Shown here: one piece after another, positions 11,589 through 22,306 of the stretch
Layout of the letters: each line of letters starts with the position of its first letter
Numbering within the stretch: the stretch's first letter is position 1
DNA from: Trueperaceae bacterium
Lineage (GTDB): Bacteria; Deinococcota; Deinococci; Deinococcales; Trueperaceae
Reading direction: 5' to 3'
Length of the DNA stretch: 64,000 bases
Assembly: GCA_034520945.1 (NCBI GenBank)
Contig: JAXHNB010000010.1
Location: 32,001 to 96,000 of the forward strand
Translations under genes and position numbers: made by a program
Notes under the pieces: generated by a model
What the model saw: only the letters and a program-made list of their open reading frames with translations
Told to the model about the DNA's origin: nothing
Database searches by the model: none

Positions 11589-11858
11589 ATGGCAATGGAC
11601 GCCAGCAAGAAGCGCGAGATCGTCGGGCGGTTCGGGGCCAGCGACACCGACACGGGATCGACCAAGGTCCAGATCGCGCTGCTCACCGCCCGCATCGAAG
11701 AGTTGGCGCAACACCTGAAGAACAACGAGAAGGACCACCACGGCCGCCGGGGGCTGCTGGTGATGGTCGGCAAGCGCAAGCGCCTGCTCTCCTACCTCGA
11801 GAAGACCGACTACGACGGGTACAAGTCGATCCTCCAGGATCTCGGCCTACGGCGCTGA
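11589..11858 (+). CDS. rpsO: 30S ribosomal protein S15
   Basis: [28 protein letters not shown]; 89 aa. Confidence 0.98.
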   Translation: MAMDASKKREIVGRFGASDTDTGSTKVQIALLTARIEELAQHLKNNEKDHHGRRGLLVMVGKRKRLLSYLEKTDYDGYKSILQDLGLRR

Positions 11859-11927
11859 CCTGCGTGCGTTCGAGCGTATGCAGCCCGAGCACGCACCAGG
11901 GCGGCACGCACGGTTCGGCAGCACCTG

Positions 11928-11957
11928 CGCGGCGGGACGTCATGACGTCCCGCCGCG
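11928..11957. repeat. Perfect 30-bp palindrome in the rpsO-pnp spacer
   Basis: CGCGGCGGGACGTCA|TGACGTCCCGCCGCG, 15-bp arms. Confidence 0.8.
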
Positions 11958-12095
11958 TGCCCTCATGATGTCTTGGCGCCCGCGAGCGACGACGCGACGG
12001 CCGAACGCCCCGCGTCGCCCGCACGCGTCGTCCCCTATCTTGACCGCCGGCCACCGTATGGCCGGAACCCGGAACGCCTAGGAGAAGGAGTCGAT

Positions 12096-14297
12096 GTGAA
12101 TATCCCCGAACCGAAACGCTACGCCACCATGCTGGGTGGCCAGGAGCTGGTCATCGAGACCGGCAAGTACGCCACGCAGGTGTCCGGCAGCGTCACCGTC
12201 CGCTACGGCGACAGCATGGTCCTCGTCACCGCCCACATGCGGGACGACCCCTCCCCCATCCCGTTCCTTCCGCTCACCGTCGAGTACGAGGAGAAGCACT
12301 ACGCCATCGGCAAGATCCCCGGCTCGTTCCTGCGCCGCGAAGGGCGCCCGGGCACGCAGGCGACCCTCAACGCCCGCATCACCGACCGGCAGATCCGGCC
12401 GATGTTCCCCAAGCAGCTGCGCAACGAGACGCAGGTGGTGATCACCGTCCTGTCGGCGGACCAGAAGAACGACCCGGGCCCCCTCGGGGCGATCGGCGCG
12501 TCCGCGGCCCTGTCGCTCAGCGACATCCCCTGGGGCGGACCGACCGCCTGTCACCACGTCGCCTACCTAGACGGCCAGTACGTGATGGCGCCGACGTTTC
12601 AGCAGCTGCAGGAGAGCGACCTGGAGCTCACCGTCGCCGCCAGCAAGGACGCCGTGCTGATGGTCGAGGCCGCCGCCAACGAACTGCCCGAGGAGACGAT
12701 GGTCGGCGCGATCGCGTTCGCGCAGGAGCAGCTGAAGCCGGTCGCGGAGCTGATCGAACGCATGCGGCAGGACCTGGGACAGGAGAAGAAGTCGTTCCAG
12801 CCCGCCGTCGATGTGGGGGACGAGGACGTGCAGGCGGTCACCGACGCCGCGGAGCAGGCCGGCCTGGCCGAGGTGCTCCGCACCCCCGGCAAGCACGAGC
12901 GGGGTGAGGCGGTCAAGGCGCTGCGCGACCGGGTGCTGGACGCGATGATTCCAGATCCCGACGCCGAAGGGGCCGCCGCGCGCCGCGAGCAGCTCAAGGC
13001 CGCGTTCGGCTCGGCCGAAGCCACCGTGATGCGCCGCATGGTGCTGAACGACCGCGTGCGCACCGACGGGCGCCGTCCCGACGAGATCCGGCCGATCTGG
13101 ATCGAGACGGGCGTGCTGCCGATGGCGCACGGCTCGGCGGTGTTCACCCGCGGCGAGACGCAGGTGCTCTCGGTCTCGACGCTCGGCACCGGTCGCGACA
13201 ACCGCCTGGTGGACGACCTCGGTCTCGAGGAGAGCGAAGAGTTCATGCTGCACTACAACTTCCCGCCGTTCTCGACCGGCGAGGTCAAGCGGTTGGCCGG
13301 CGTGTCGCGGCGCGAGGTCGGCCACGGCAACCTGGCGCGCCGCGCGGTGGCGGGACAGTTGCCGGACCAGGACGAATTCCCCTACGTGATCCGCGCCGTG
13401 GGCGAGACCCTGGAGTCCAACGGCTCCTCGTCGATGGCGACCGTCTGCGCCACCAGCCTGTCGCTGATGGACGCAGGCGTCCCCCTGAAGTCTCCGGTGG
13501 CGGGCATCGCCATGGGCCTGGTGGCGGACGGCGATCGCTACGCGATCCTCAGCGACATTCTCGGCAGCGAGGACGCGCTGGGCGACATGGACTTCAAGGT
13601 CACCGGCACGGAGCGCGGCGTCACCGCCCTGCAGATGGACATCAAGATCCAGGGCCTCACCTCCGCGCTGATGAACGAAGCGCTGGAACAGGCGCGGCAG
13701 GGCCGCATGCACATCCTGGGCCTCATGAACGACGTCCTTTCCGGTCCGCGCGGAGAGCTGAACCCGCGCGCGCCGCGCATCGTCAGCGTCCAGATCCCCA
13801 GCGACAAGATCGGGGCGGTCATCGGTCCGGGCGGCAAGCAGATCCGCGAACTCGAAGCGCTCGGCGCCAAGATCGAGATCGAAGAGGGCGGCAAGGTCCG
13901 GATCTACACCGACGAGGGCACCATCGCCGACGAGGTGCAACGCCGCATCGAGCAGCTGACCGAATCGCCGGAGATCGGCAAGACCTACACCGGCAAGGTC
14001 GCCAAGGTCGTCGACTTCGGGGCGTTCGTGACGCTCTTCCCCGGCACCGACGGCCTGCTGCACATCAGCCAGATCGCCGAAGGGCGCGTCGAGAACGTCA
14101 CCGACCACCTGTCGGAGGGCGAGACGCTGCAGGTCAAGATCAACGCGATCGACGACCGTGGCAAGATCGACCTGGTCCGACCGGAACTGGAAGGTGTCGT
14201 CGCGCCACGTGCGCCGCGTCGCGGCGGCGGGGGCGGAGGCGCACGCGGCGGTCCCCGTGGCGCGCGCAGCGACGATCGCGGCGGTCGGCCTCGCTGA
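12096..14297 (+). CDS. pnp: Polyribonucleotide nucleotidyltransferase
   Basis: FLPLTVEYEE, RREGRP, HGSAVFTRGETQ, ESNGSSSMA, GDMDFKV, KH and S1 domains; AAGGAG RBS before GTG 12096. Confidence 0.97.
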   Translation: MNIPEPKRYATMLGGQELVIETGKYATQVSGSVTVRYGDSMVLVTAHMRDDPSPIPFLPLTVEYEEKHYAIGKIPGSFLRREGRPGTQATLNARITDRQIRPMFPKQLRNETQVVITVLSADQKNDPGPLGAIGASAALSLSDIPWGGPTACHHVAYLDGQYVMAPTFQQLQESDLELTVAASKDAVLMVEAAANELPEETMVGAIAFAQEQLKPVAELIERMRQDLGQEKKSFQPAVDVGDEDVQAVTDAAEQAGLAEVLRTPGKHERGEAVKALRDRVLDAMIPDPDAEGAAARREQLKAAFGSAEATVMRRMVLNDRVRTDGRRPDEIRPIWIETGVLPMAHGSAVFTRGETQVLSVSTLGTGRDNRLVDDLGLEESEEFMLHYNFPPFSTGEVKRLAGVSRREVGHGNLARRAVAGQLPDQDEFPYVIRAVGETLESNGSSSMATVCATSLSLMDAGVPLKSPVAGIAMGLVADGDRYAILSDILGSEDALGDMDFKVTGTERGVTALQMDIKIQGLTSALMNEALEQARQGRMHILGLMNDVLSGPRGELNPRAPRIVSVQIPSDKIGAVIGPGGKQIRELEALGAKIEIEEGGKVRIYTDEGTIADEVQRRIEQLTESPEIGKTYTGKVAKVVDFGAFVTLFPGTDGLLHISQIAEGRVENVTDHLSEGETLQVKINAIDDRGKIDLVRPELEGVVAPRAPRRGGGGGGARGGPRGARSDDRGGRPR

Positions 14298-14504
14298 CCA
14301 CCGACCCAGGAAGGGACGGTCACGCCCGCACGTCATGAGGCACCGTCCCACCCCCTATTGCATACGACGTCGCCCCGCGCCCCGGCCCGACCGAGGGCGC
14401 CGGCCGACGTGGACATCCACCCCGGGCCTCATGCCCGTCCCCCGTCCGAGCCCCGCGGCGATCCCGCCTGGGCGACCGGCCGGCTAGATTCGAGGACACG
14501 ACCC

Positions 14505-16166
<1,662 letters not shown>

Positions 16167-16189
16167 GGGCACGTCACGGCCGGAGGCTT

Positions 16190-16220
16190 CGGCGGAGCCC
16201 TCCTGCTCAGGGCTCCGCCG
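16190..16220. terminator. Hairpin between convergent rnj and NUDIX genes
   Basis: 12-bp perfect stem CGGCGGAGCCCT / AGGGCTCCGCCG; no U-tract. Confidence 0.5.
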
Positions 16221-16887
16221 GGCCGGCCTCCACGTCCACGCCGGCCCACGACGCCACCTCCGACAGGGCCGCGAGGGTTCCCTCGCGGCCCTCTTCGATC
16301 AGGTCCCCCTCGTGCAGCAACGCATCGCTGGGCCGACGCTGGCAATCCCACCCGCGCGCGAACACCGGCCGGCCGTCCCGCCACAACGCCATGGCCCCCG
16401 GTATCGGCACCGCGTACAGCGCGTCCACCTCGCGGGGATTCAACAGGTACGCCTGGAGCGGCTGCGCGCACCGCATCACGAACACCTCGTGGAACTCGCG
16501 GTCGACGGCGCGTTGGTACACGCGCTCCTCGCGAAACGTCCCCAACGCGTCGATGTCGCGCACCTCCACCCGCAGGCCGAGCTCCTCCTCCACCTCGCGC
16601 AGGGCGTTGGGCCAGTACTCGCCCGCCCGCAGGTGCCCGCCGACCGTGACGTCGAGCTTGCCCCCGGCCAGGTCCTTGTGCGGCGAGCGGCGCTGGAGCA
16701 GTACGTGGTCGTCCCCGTCGACGATCCACAGGTGGAACGCCCGGTGCCAGTCGCCGTCACGGTGCACCGCCGCGCGGGGCTTCGTGTGCCCCGTCGGTCG
16801 CCCCGCCTCGTCCAGAACGTCGAGGAGCTCGTCGGCGTCGTCTTGGGGGCCGGGCGTCCCCCCGGAAGGTCGGGCGTCCTCGGTCAT
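16207..16887 (-). CDS. NUDIX-fold protein, isopentenyl-diphosphate isomerase-like
   Basis: VHRDGDWHRAFHLWI, LLQRRS, GGHLRAGE, ALREVEEELG; start at ATG 16887 because the longer ORF runs into the tRNA. Confidence 0.85.
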   Translation of the reverse strand: MTEDARPSGGTPGPQDDADELLDVLDEAGRPTGHTKPRAAVHRDGDWHRAFHLWIVDGDDHVLLQRRSPHKDLAGGKLDVTVGGHLRAGEYWPNALREVEEELGLRVEVRDIDALGTFREERVYQRAVDREFHEVFVMRCAQPLQAYLLNPREVDALYAVPIPGAMALWRDGRPVFARGWDCQRRPSDALLHEGDLIEEGREGTLAALSEVASWAGVDVEAGPAEP

Positions 16888-16945
16888 GCCGCAAGCGTAC
16901 CCGGCCGGACGGCCCTCGAGGCGCGTGGCGCTGCTGCCGCGCGCC

Positions 16946-16975
16946 TTGACCGCCGCCACGCGGCGCGAGTATGCT
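16946..16975 (+). promoter_or_regulatory. Sigma70-type promoter of tRNA-Pro
   Basis: TTGACC-18 bp-TATGCT, 12 nt upstream of the mature tRNA. Confidence 0.7.
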
Positions 16976-16987
16976 TCCCTAGCGCGA

Positions 16988-17064
16988 CGGGGTGTAGCGC
17001 AGCCTGGTAGCGCACTTGACTGGGGGTCAAGTGGTCGCTGGTTCAAATCCAGTCACCCCGACCA
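16988..17064 (+). tRNA. tRNA-Pro (anticodon GGG)
   Basis: 77-nt cloverleaf: acceptor CGGGGTG/CACCCCG, anticodon arm CTTGA-CTGGGGG-TCAAG, T-loop TTCAAAT, encoded CCA. Confidence 0.98.
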
Positions 17065-17092
17065 GAAGAAAGCCGTCACAGACGGCGAAAGC

Positions 17093-17128
17093 GAAGAACC
17101 GCCCTCGCAGCAGCGGGGGCGGTTCTTC
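17093..17128 (+). terminator. Stem-loop terminator after tRNA-Pro
   Basis: GAAGAACCGCCCTCGC-AGCA-GCGGGGGCGGTTCTTC, 16-bp stem with one G-U pair. Confidence 0.75.
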
Positions 17129-17370
17129 CATTGTGTAGTGTCGGAGCGTCGGCGACCTTCAATTCACGGTCGTTGCCGACCGCTGCTGACCCCGCCCGGG
17201 AGAAATGCATCGCTGAGGCATGGCCTCGCCGCTAGCACACGTGATCGGCCATCGTCAGGCAATGCACCAGGCGAGGTGTTGCTTGTGGGACGCGTTCGGG
17301 GACTCCAGGTCGTGCGGCCTCTTGTACATTGCGCGCGCTCTACGTATAGTCCAAGAAACGGGGCCCCGGC

Positions 17371-17862
17371 TTAGTCCGGGGGCTTCGGCATTCTTGGATC
17401 CTCGAGCGCTTGTTCTGTGAGCACATGAACGCCGGTGTCGTCTGCGTCGAAGGCAATCTTGAACCGGTGCTGAAACTCCTCTACGGAGATCAGGTTGCGC
17501 TCAGTGAATGCCGGGTCGTACGTGGCAACGTGTGATCGCGCCAAGGCATAGTGCAGAGTCAGTGAGGTCCCTTGAGGATTCGAGTAACGACGTCGCACGA
17601 TGTGGGCAATATTGGCCGACGTCATGCTTTGGCCGTTTCGGGCGCCCACAATGCGCGCAAGCGGTTTGTCTGGAGCAATATGGCCGGCCTCGACCATCTT
17701 CCTACGGAACATGCAATAGCCGATAAGATCGGCAGCTTGCACGATGGGCAGCTCGTCTGCGTCGTCGATGCGCTGGACTTCGGCAATGTAGTCCAAGTCG
17801 GCGATGCGTTTCATTGTTTCGACGGTCCTCAGCGGGGAAATGTAAAGACTCTGGCCGAACAA
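17371..17862 (-). pseudogene. Probable 5'-truncated DUF3800-like (RNase H-fold) gene remnant
   Basis: IVQAADLIGY resembles the C-terminal QxAD motif of DUF3800; N-terminal acidic motif absent, in-frame stop near 17941; lower GC than flanks. Confidence 0.5.
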
Positions 17863-17909
17863 GGTCCACAGACGATAGGAGAACCCGGAAGGAAGGGAGA
17901 AACACGAGC

Positions 17910-18212
17910 GTGGTCGTGGCAGCAGAAACGCGAGATCGGTTCAAGCGGGCGCTAGAAGTAGCACAGCGAATTCGTGATGAGCGCGAAACACCCATCGCTA
18001 GCTACCGAGCGCCAGAACCGGAAGAGATCCGGCGGAGACTGGACCTGAGCCAAAGCGAGTTTGCGGACTTGCTGGGCGTAAGCTTACGCACTCTTCAGAA
18101 CTGGGAACAGGGTCACCGTCGGCCCACTGGCGCTGCCGCAATGTTGCTTCGCGTGGCCAATAGGCATCCAGATGCTCTTCTCGAAACGCATAGCGCTTTG
18201 CCGATCTTCTAA
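17910..18212 (+). CDS. XRE-family HTH protein (NadS/HigA-like antitoxin)
   Basis: IRRRLDLSQSEFADLLGVSLRTLQNWEQGHRRPTGAAAMLL; AAGGGAGA RBS before GTG 17910. Confidence 0.85.
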   Translation: MVVAAETRDRFKRALEVAQRIRDERETPIASYRAPEPEEIRRRLDLSQSEFADLLGVSLRTLQNWEQGHRRPTGAAAMLLRVANRHPDALLETHSALPIF

Positions 18213-18447
18213 CCCCAAGCCGCTAGTACGATTCGCGTGCGGTCCGTAATGGCCTGCACGCGCTCTGCGAATGCGCGCGCGCCCTGCCCCTCGCTTGGGC
18301 CGTCCAGTGTTGGGGCGGTCGTCGCTGGCTTGGACGCGACACCAGCCGAGGAACGTAGCGCCTATCGTGTCGCCCAGTCCATATCGGGGCCGGCAGCGCG
18401 CGTCCCTCGGCGCGGCACCGGTGCGCGGGCGGAAAGCGGAGGACATC

Positions 18448-18963
18448 ATGAGGTACGCCGTTTCGAATCGAACGCCACGCAACGCCGCGACACGCGCGAG
18501 GTGGCTCGCGTTCGCGGTCGCGACGCTCGCTCTGGCCCTCCTGGCTTCCACCGTCCACGCGCAAGACGGCGAGGCCGTACGCACGGTGGAGAGCACGCAC
18601 GACTTCGACGCCACGACGTCGCGCCTGGAAACGGCGATCGAGGAACAGGGATTGACGCTCGTCACCACGATCGATCACGCCGCGAATGCCGCGAACGCCG
18701 ACTTGGCGTTGGCCCCCACCACGCTGTTCGTGTTCGGCAACCCGCAGGTGGGAACGCCGCTGATGCAGTCGGCCCGCACCATCGCCCTCGACCTGCCGCA
18801 GAAGATGTTGGTCTGGGAGGACGCGGCCGGCGACGTGTTCGTGAGCTATCGCGACCCGGTCGCCCTGGCCGCGGATCACGGCTTGGCGTCGGACGCAGGT
18901 GCGCTCCCGAACGTGGCAAACCTGCTGGGTCGGCTCGCGCGAAGTGCTGCCGGGATCGAATAG
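18448..18963 (+). CDS. Secreted DUF302 domain protein
   Basis: Signal peptide ending VHA-Q; IDHAANA, FGNPQVGTPLMQ, ALDLPQKMLVWED. Confidence 0.88.
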   Translation: MRYAVSNRTPRNAATRARWLAFAVATLALALLASTVHAQDGEAVRTVESTHDFDATTSRLETAIEEQGLTLVTTIDHAANAANADLALAPTTLFVFGNPQVGTPLMQSARTIALDLPQKMLVWEDAAGDVFVSYRDPVALAADHGLASDAGALPNVANLLGRLARSAAGIE

Positions 18964-19126
18964 GCTGACGGTCTGGACTACGTGAAGCTCGTTCGTCCAT
19001 CGAGGACGGGGTCGGGATGGTTCGGGGCGAACACGTCCCGATCGCGTACGATCGCGCCCTAAGCGCCCTTTGCGGCGTAGTGTAGGCTTCGCGGCGCCCG
19101 GTTCGAGGCGAAGGCCACGGCGGTCG

Positions 19127-20257
19127 TCAGGGAAACAGGTCGCGCACCACTGCCGTCATGCCGGGACGCAAGGCCCCGCCGTCGGTGCCCGTGACGCCCT
19201 CGACATCGTCGATGCGCACGGCGGCGACGTACGTCACGTCGCCGCGGACCAGCGTCGGTTGGAAGCCGATGCGCTCCACCGTGCCCATGAACGAGCGGTC
19301 TGGCAGGGCGTCGACCTCGACCTCCACGCGGTCGCCGACGCCGATGCCCACCACCTGCAGTTCGGTCAGGTTGGTGGTCTCGACGCGCCAACCGCTCAGG
19401 TCGGCGACCGTGACGGCACCGTCGCCGTCGGATCCTGATCCGCCGGCGGCGACGGTCTCCCCCACCTCCGGACGTAGGGCCAGCACGCGGCCGTCGAAGG
19501 GGGCGCGCAATGTCCGCTGCTCGACCGCCAACGCTGCAGATGCGCGAGCTGCTTCCGCCTGTACCTTCTGGGCCTCGGCCTGCGCGACCCGTGCCTGGGC
19601 TTCCTCGACCGCTGCCCGTGCCTCGGCCACGCCGGCTTGCGCCTCGCCGACCGTCGCCTCGGCTTGCCGCTGCTGTGCCTCTGCCTGGGTGATGGTGGCC
19701 TCCGCCTGAGTGGCGGTCAGCCGCAGCGCAGCGTCGGCGGCGTCGCGTCCCGCTTCCGCCGCGCGCACGGTCGCCTCGGCCGCCGTGACCCGCCTCCGCG
19801 CGATCGCCTCGGACGAGCGCGCGACCCCCACTTGGGCGTCGGCGGCCGCCAGCGCGGCGTCGGCCTCACGCAGGCGCGCTCGTTCGGCCGCGTCGTCGAG
19901 GCGCAGCAACGCATCACCTGCAACGACGTCGTCGCCCTCGTCTACCAGCCGCTCTGCCAGCACGCCGGAAACGGCGAACGACACCTGCGAGCTGCGGAGC
20001 GGACGGACCTCGGCCTCGGCGGAATCCGGCAGGCCGGCGAGGTTCGCAGGCAGCGAGGTTTCGCTGTTCTCGCTCGCCCCTGAATCGTTCGCCGTCGACG
20101 TTCCGGCCGCGGTATCGGCGGGTCCGGACGCCGAGCGTGCCGTTTCTGCGTCAGCGGGCCCCGTCGGCGACCCGGGCGGTCCCGCGAACCACCAGAACGC
20201 GGCCGCGCTCAGCGCGGCGCCGATCAGGACGAACGACAACGGTCGGATCAGGCGCAT
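19127..20257 (-). CDS. HlyD/membrane-fusion (periplasmic adaptor) protein
   Basis: N-terminal TM, VDEGDDVVAGDALLRLD lipoyl half-motif, Ala-rich coiled coil, LRAPFDG, LRPGMTA. Confidence 0.88.
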   Translation of the reverse strand: MRLIRPLSFVLIGAALSAAAFWWFAGPPGSPTGPADAETARSASGPADTAAGTSTANDSGASENSETSLPANLAGLPDSAEAEVRPLRSSQVSFAVSGVLAERLVDEGDDVVAGDALLRLDDAAERARLREADAALAAADAQVGVARSSEAIARRRVTAAEATVRAAEAGRDAADAALRLTATQAEATITQAEAQQRQAEATVGEAQAGVAEARAAVEEAQARVAQAEAQKVQAEAARASAALAVEQRTLRAPFDGRVLALRPEVGETVAAGGSGSDGDGAVTVADLSGWRVETTNLTELQVVGIGVGDRVEVEVDALPDRSFMGTVERIGFQPTLVRGDVTYVAAVRIDDVEGVTGTDGGALRPGMTAVVRDLFP

Positions 20258-20330
20258 GGGGCCTCCAGGGCGAGGGCTGAGAATCGATCATGACGGACGT
20301 GCCGCACGGCGGGTGCCGGCCGAACGACGC

Positions 20331-21113
20331 TCACGGCCCACCTTCCGCGAAGGCGCGGACCTCGCCGGGATCGTCGATGATTCGTTCCAGCACGCCATCG
20401 CGCATCAGGATCACGCGGTCGACGACGCGGCACATACGCAGGTCGTGGGTCACCATGATCCCGGCGCGGCCCTCGTCGTGAACCAGGTTGGCGAAGGTCT
20501 CGACCACCTGGTAGGCGCGCTCGGTGTCCAGGCTGGCGGTGGGCTCGTCGGCCAGCACCACCGCCGGCCGGTGGATGAGGGCGCGGGCGATCGACACGCG
20601 CTGCTGTTGTCCGCCCGAGAGCTGCGCGGGAAGGCTGTTCAGCCGGTCGCCCAATCCCAGCTGCGTGAGCAGGTCTACCGCCCAGGCGCGGCCAGCAGGC
20701 GCAAACCGACCGTTGAGCCACAGCATCAGCATCACGTTCTCGAGGACGGCCAGGTAGGGAAGCAGGTTGTTGGCCTGGAAGGTGAAGCCGATGTTGGTTC
20801 GACGGAAGCGGGTCAGCTGCCGGTCGCTCAGTTCGGCGAGGTCGCGGTCGGCGATGCGAACCCGGCCGGCGCTGGGTCGGAGCAGGCCCGCCAGCATCGC
20901 CACGAGCGAGGTCTTGCCGGACCCGGAGGGACCCACCAGGGCCACGAACTCGCCCGCGTGCACTTCGAACGATACGTCGCCCACGGCATGAACGGTCTGC
21001 TGTCCCAGCGCGTAGCTCTTGCTCAGGCCTTCGGCGGTCAGTATGGGACGTCGCGCCTGGAGCCGAGGCGTCTCCCGGCCAAGAGCGGTCGTGGAATCAG
21101 CGGGTGGGTTCAC
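20331..21113 (-). CDS. ABC exporter ATP-binding protein (LolD/MacB-like)
   Basis: [34 protein letters not shown] overlaps the permease stop. Confidence 0.93.
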   Translation of the reverse strand: MNPPADSTTALGRETPRLQARRPILTAEGLSKSYALGQQTVHAVGDVSFEVHAGEFVALVGPSGSGKTSLVAMLAGLLRPSAGRVRIADRDLAELSDRQLTRFRRTNIGFTFQANNLLPYLAVLENVMLMLWLNGRFAPAGRAWAVDLLTQLGLGDRLNSLPAQLSGGQQQRVSIARALIHRPAVVLADEPTASLDTERAYQVVETFANLVHDEGRAGIMVTHDLRMCRVVDRVILMRDGVLERIIDDPGEVRAFAEGGP

Positions 21114-22306
21114 GTGCCGAGCCCCAAGGCCGTGAGAGGTTCCACGCGCAGGGCCGCGCGCAGCGCGACCAGGCCGCCCACGGGTCCGATCACCAACAGG
21201 CCACCGACCGCCAGTCCAACGTTGCCGGGTTGAAACACGATCGGCACGGTCGCCGGGAACGACGCCGCCAGCAGGGCGGTGCCGAGCGCGCCGAACGCCA
21301 CGCCGATCAGGTTGGTGAACACGATCTGCAGTACGGTGGCGACGGCGACCAGCGCGTTGGACGCCCCGATCGCCTTGAGCATGCCGATCTGGCCGAGCTT
21401 CTGGAGCGTCTGGATCTGGAAGAATCCGCCGACCACCAGAACCCCGATCACCAGCGTGAAGCCGGTCTGGGTTTCGACGGTGCTCTTCTGCGCCGAGTAG
21501 CCAGGGATGTTCTCGTAGGCCGTGCGGCGGTCCACGGCGCTCACCGATCGCACTTCGTCTTCGATGCGGGCCGCCAACGCCGCCGGGGACGTGCCGTTCT
21601 CGGCGCGAACCGCGACGAGGTTGAACACCAGGGTGCGTGGGTCCACCTCCGCGTCGGCCTTGGGCTTGACGCGATCGAAGGTGATCAACGGGACCACCAG
21701 CGACGGCAGGATCTGGTACTGCTGACCCTCGGCGATCCCCACCACGCGCAGTTCGTAGCGCTCGTCGACGGCTCCCTGGGTCGAGCGGACGGTGACCGTG
21801 TCGCCGACCCCGGCCTCGAGGCGGATCGCGGCTTGGCGCCCCAGCACCACTTCGTTCGCCCGGGACGACGAGAAGCCGGGGCCCTCGCGGCTGCGCGGCG
21901 CTCCGGGCCGGCCGGGCTCGACGCCGAGCAGCGAAACGCGCGTGCCGGCCGCGCCCTCGCTCGCCGCGCCGCTGGCGCCCGCACGGAGGACGCTGTCCAC
22001 CACCGTCGACGCGAAGGCGATCGCCCCGACCGCTTCGACCCCGTCGACCCGCCGGATCGACGCGATGGCCCCACGGTCGAACTGGCTGGCGGCGATCTGC
22101 AGGTCCGCGGTTCGCTGAAACACCAGCAACTCGGCGTCGATGCCGTCCACGAACTGGCGGTTGCCGAGCGCAAGGCCCTCGCCGAGGCCGGACAGGAACA
22201 GGATCAATACCGTGATGAGCGCGATGATGGCGCTGATCGACGCGAAGCGCCCGACGTTTCGGACCATCTCCTTCACGGCCAGCCAGCCGGCCAGCACCGC
22301 GGTCAC
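21110..22306 (-). CDS. FtsX/MacB-type ABC permease (HrtB/DevC-like)
   Basis: One TM, large periplasmic domain, three C-terminal TMs; QKLGQIGMLKAIGAS. Confidence 0.88.
   Translation of the reverse strand: MTAVLAGWLAVKEMVRNVGRFASISAIIALITVLILFLSGLGEGLALGNRQFVDGIDAELLVFQRTADLQIAASQFDRGAIASIRRVDGVEAVGAIAFASTVVDSVLRAGASGAASEGAAGTRVSLLGVEPGRPGAPRSREGPGFSSSRANEVVLGRQAAIRLEAGVGDTVTVRSTQGAVDERYELRVVGIAEGQQYQILPSLVVPLITFDRVKPKADAEVDPRTLVFNLVAVRAENGTSPAALAARIEDEVRSVSAVDRRTAYENIPGYSAQKSTVETQTGFTLVIGVLVVGGFFQIQTLQKLGQIGMLKAIGASNALVAVATVLQIVFTNLIGVAFGALGTALLAASFPATVPIVFQPGNVGLAVGGLLVIGPVGGLVALRAALRVEPLTALGLGT

Noticed and set aside
12567..14351. 594-aa minus-strand ORF, and similar long antisense or off-frame ORFs such as 3291-5201, 28025-29998, 53262-55361, 61221-63164
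   Set aside because: Shadows of well-supported genes (pnp, ftsA/Z, prfC, peptide SBP, amiE-like/anmK), with low-complexity Arg/Pro/Ala/Gly translations
16207..17046. NUDIX ORF extended across the tRNA gene
   Set aside because: The extension is the antisense of tRNA-Pro and its promoter; ATG 16887 has a leaderless -10
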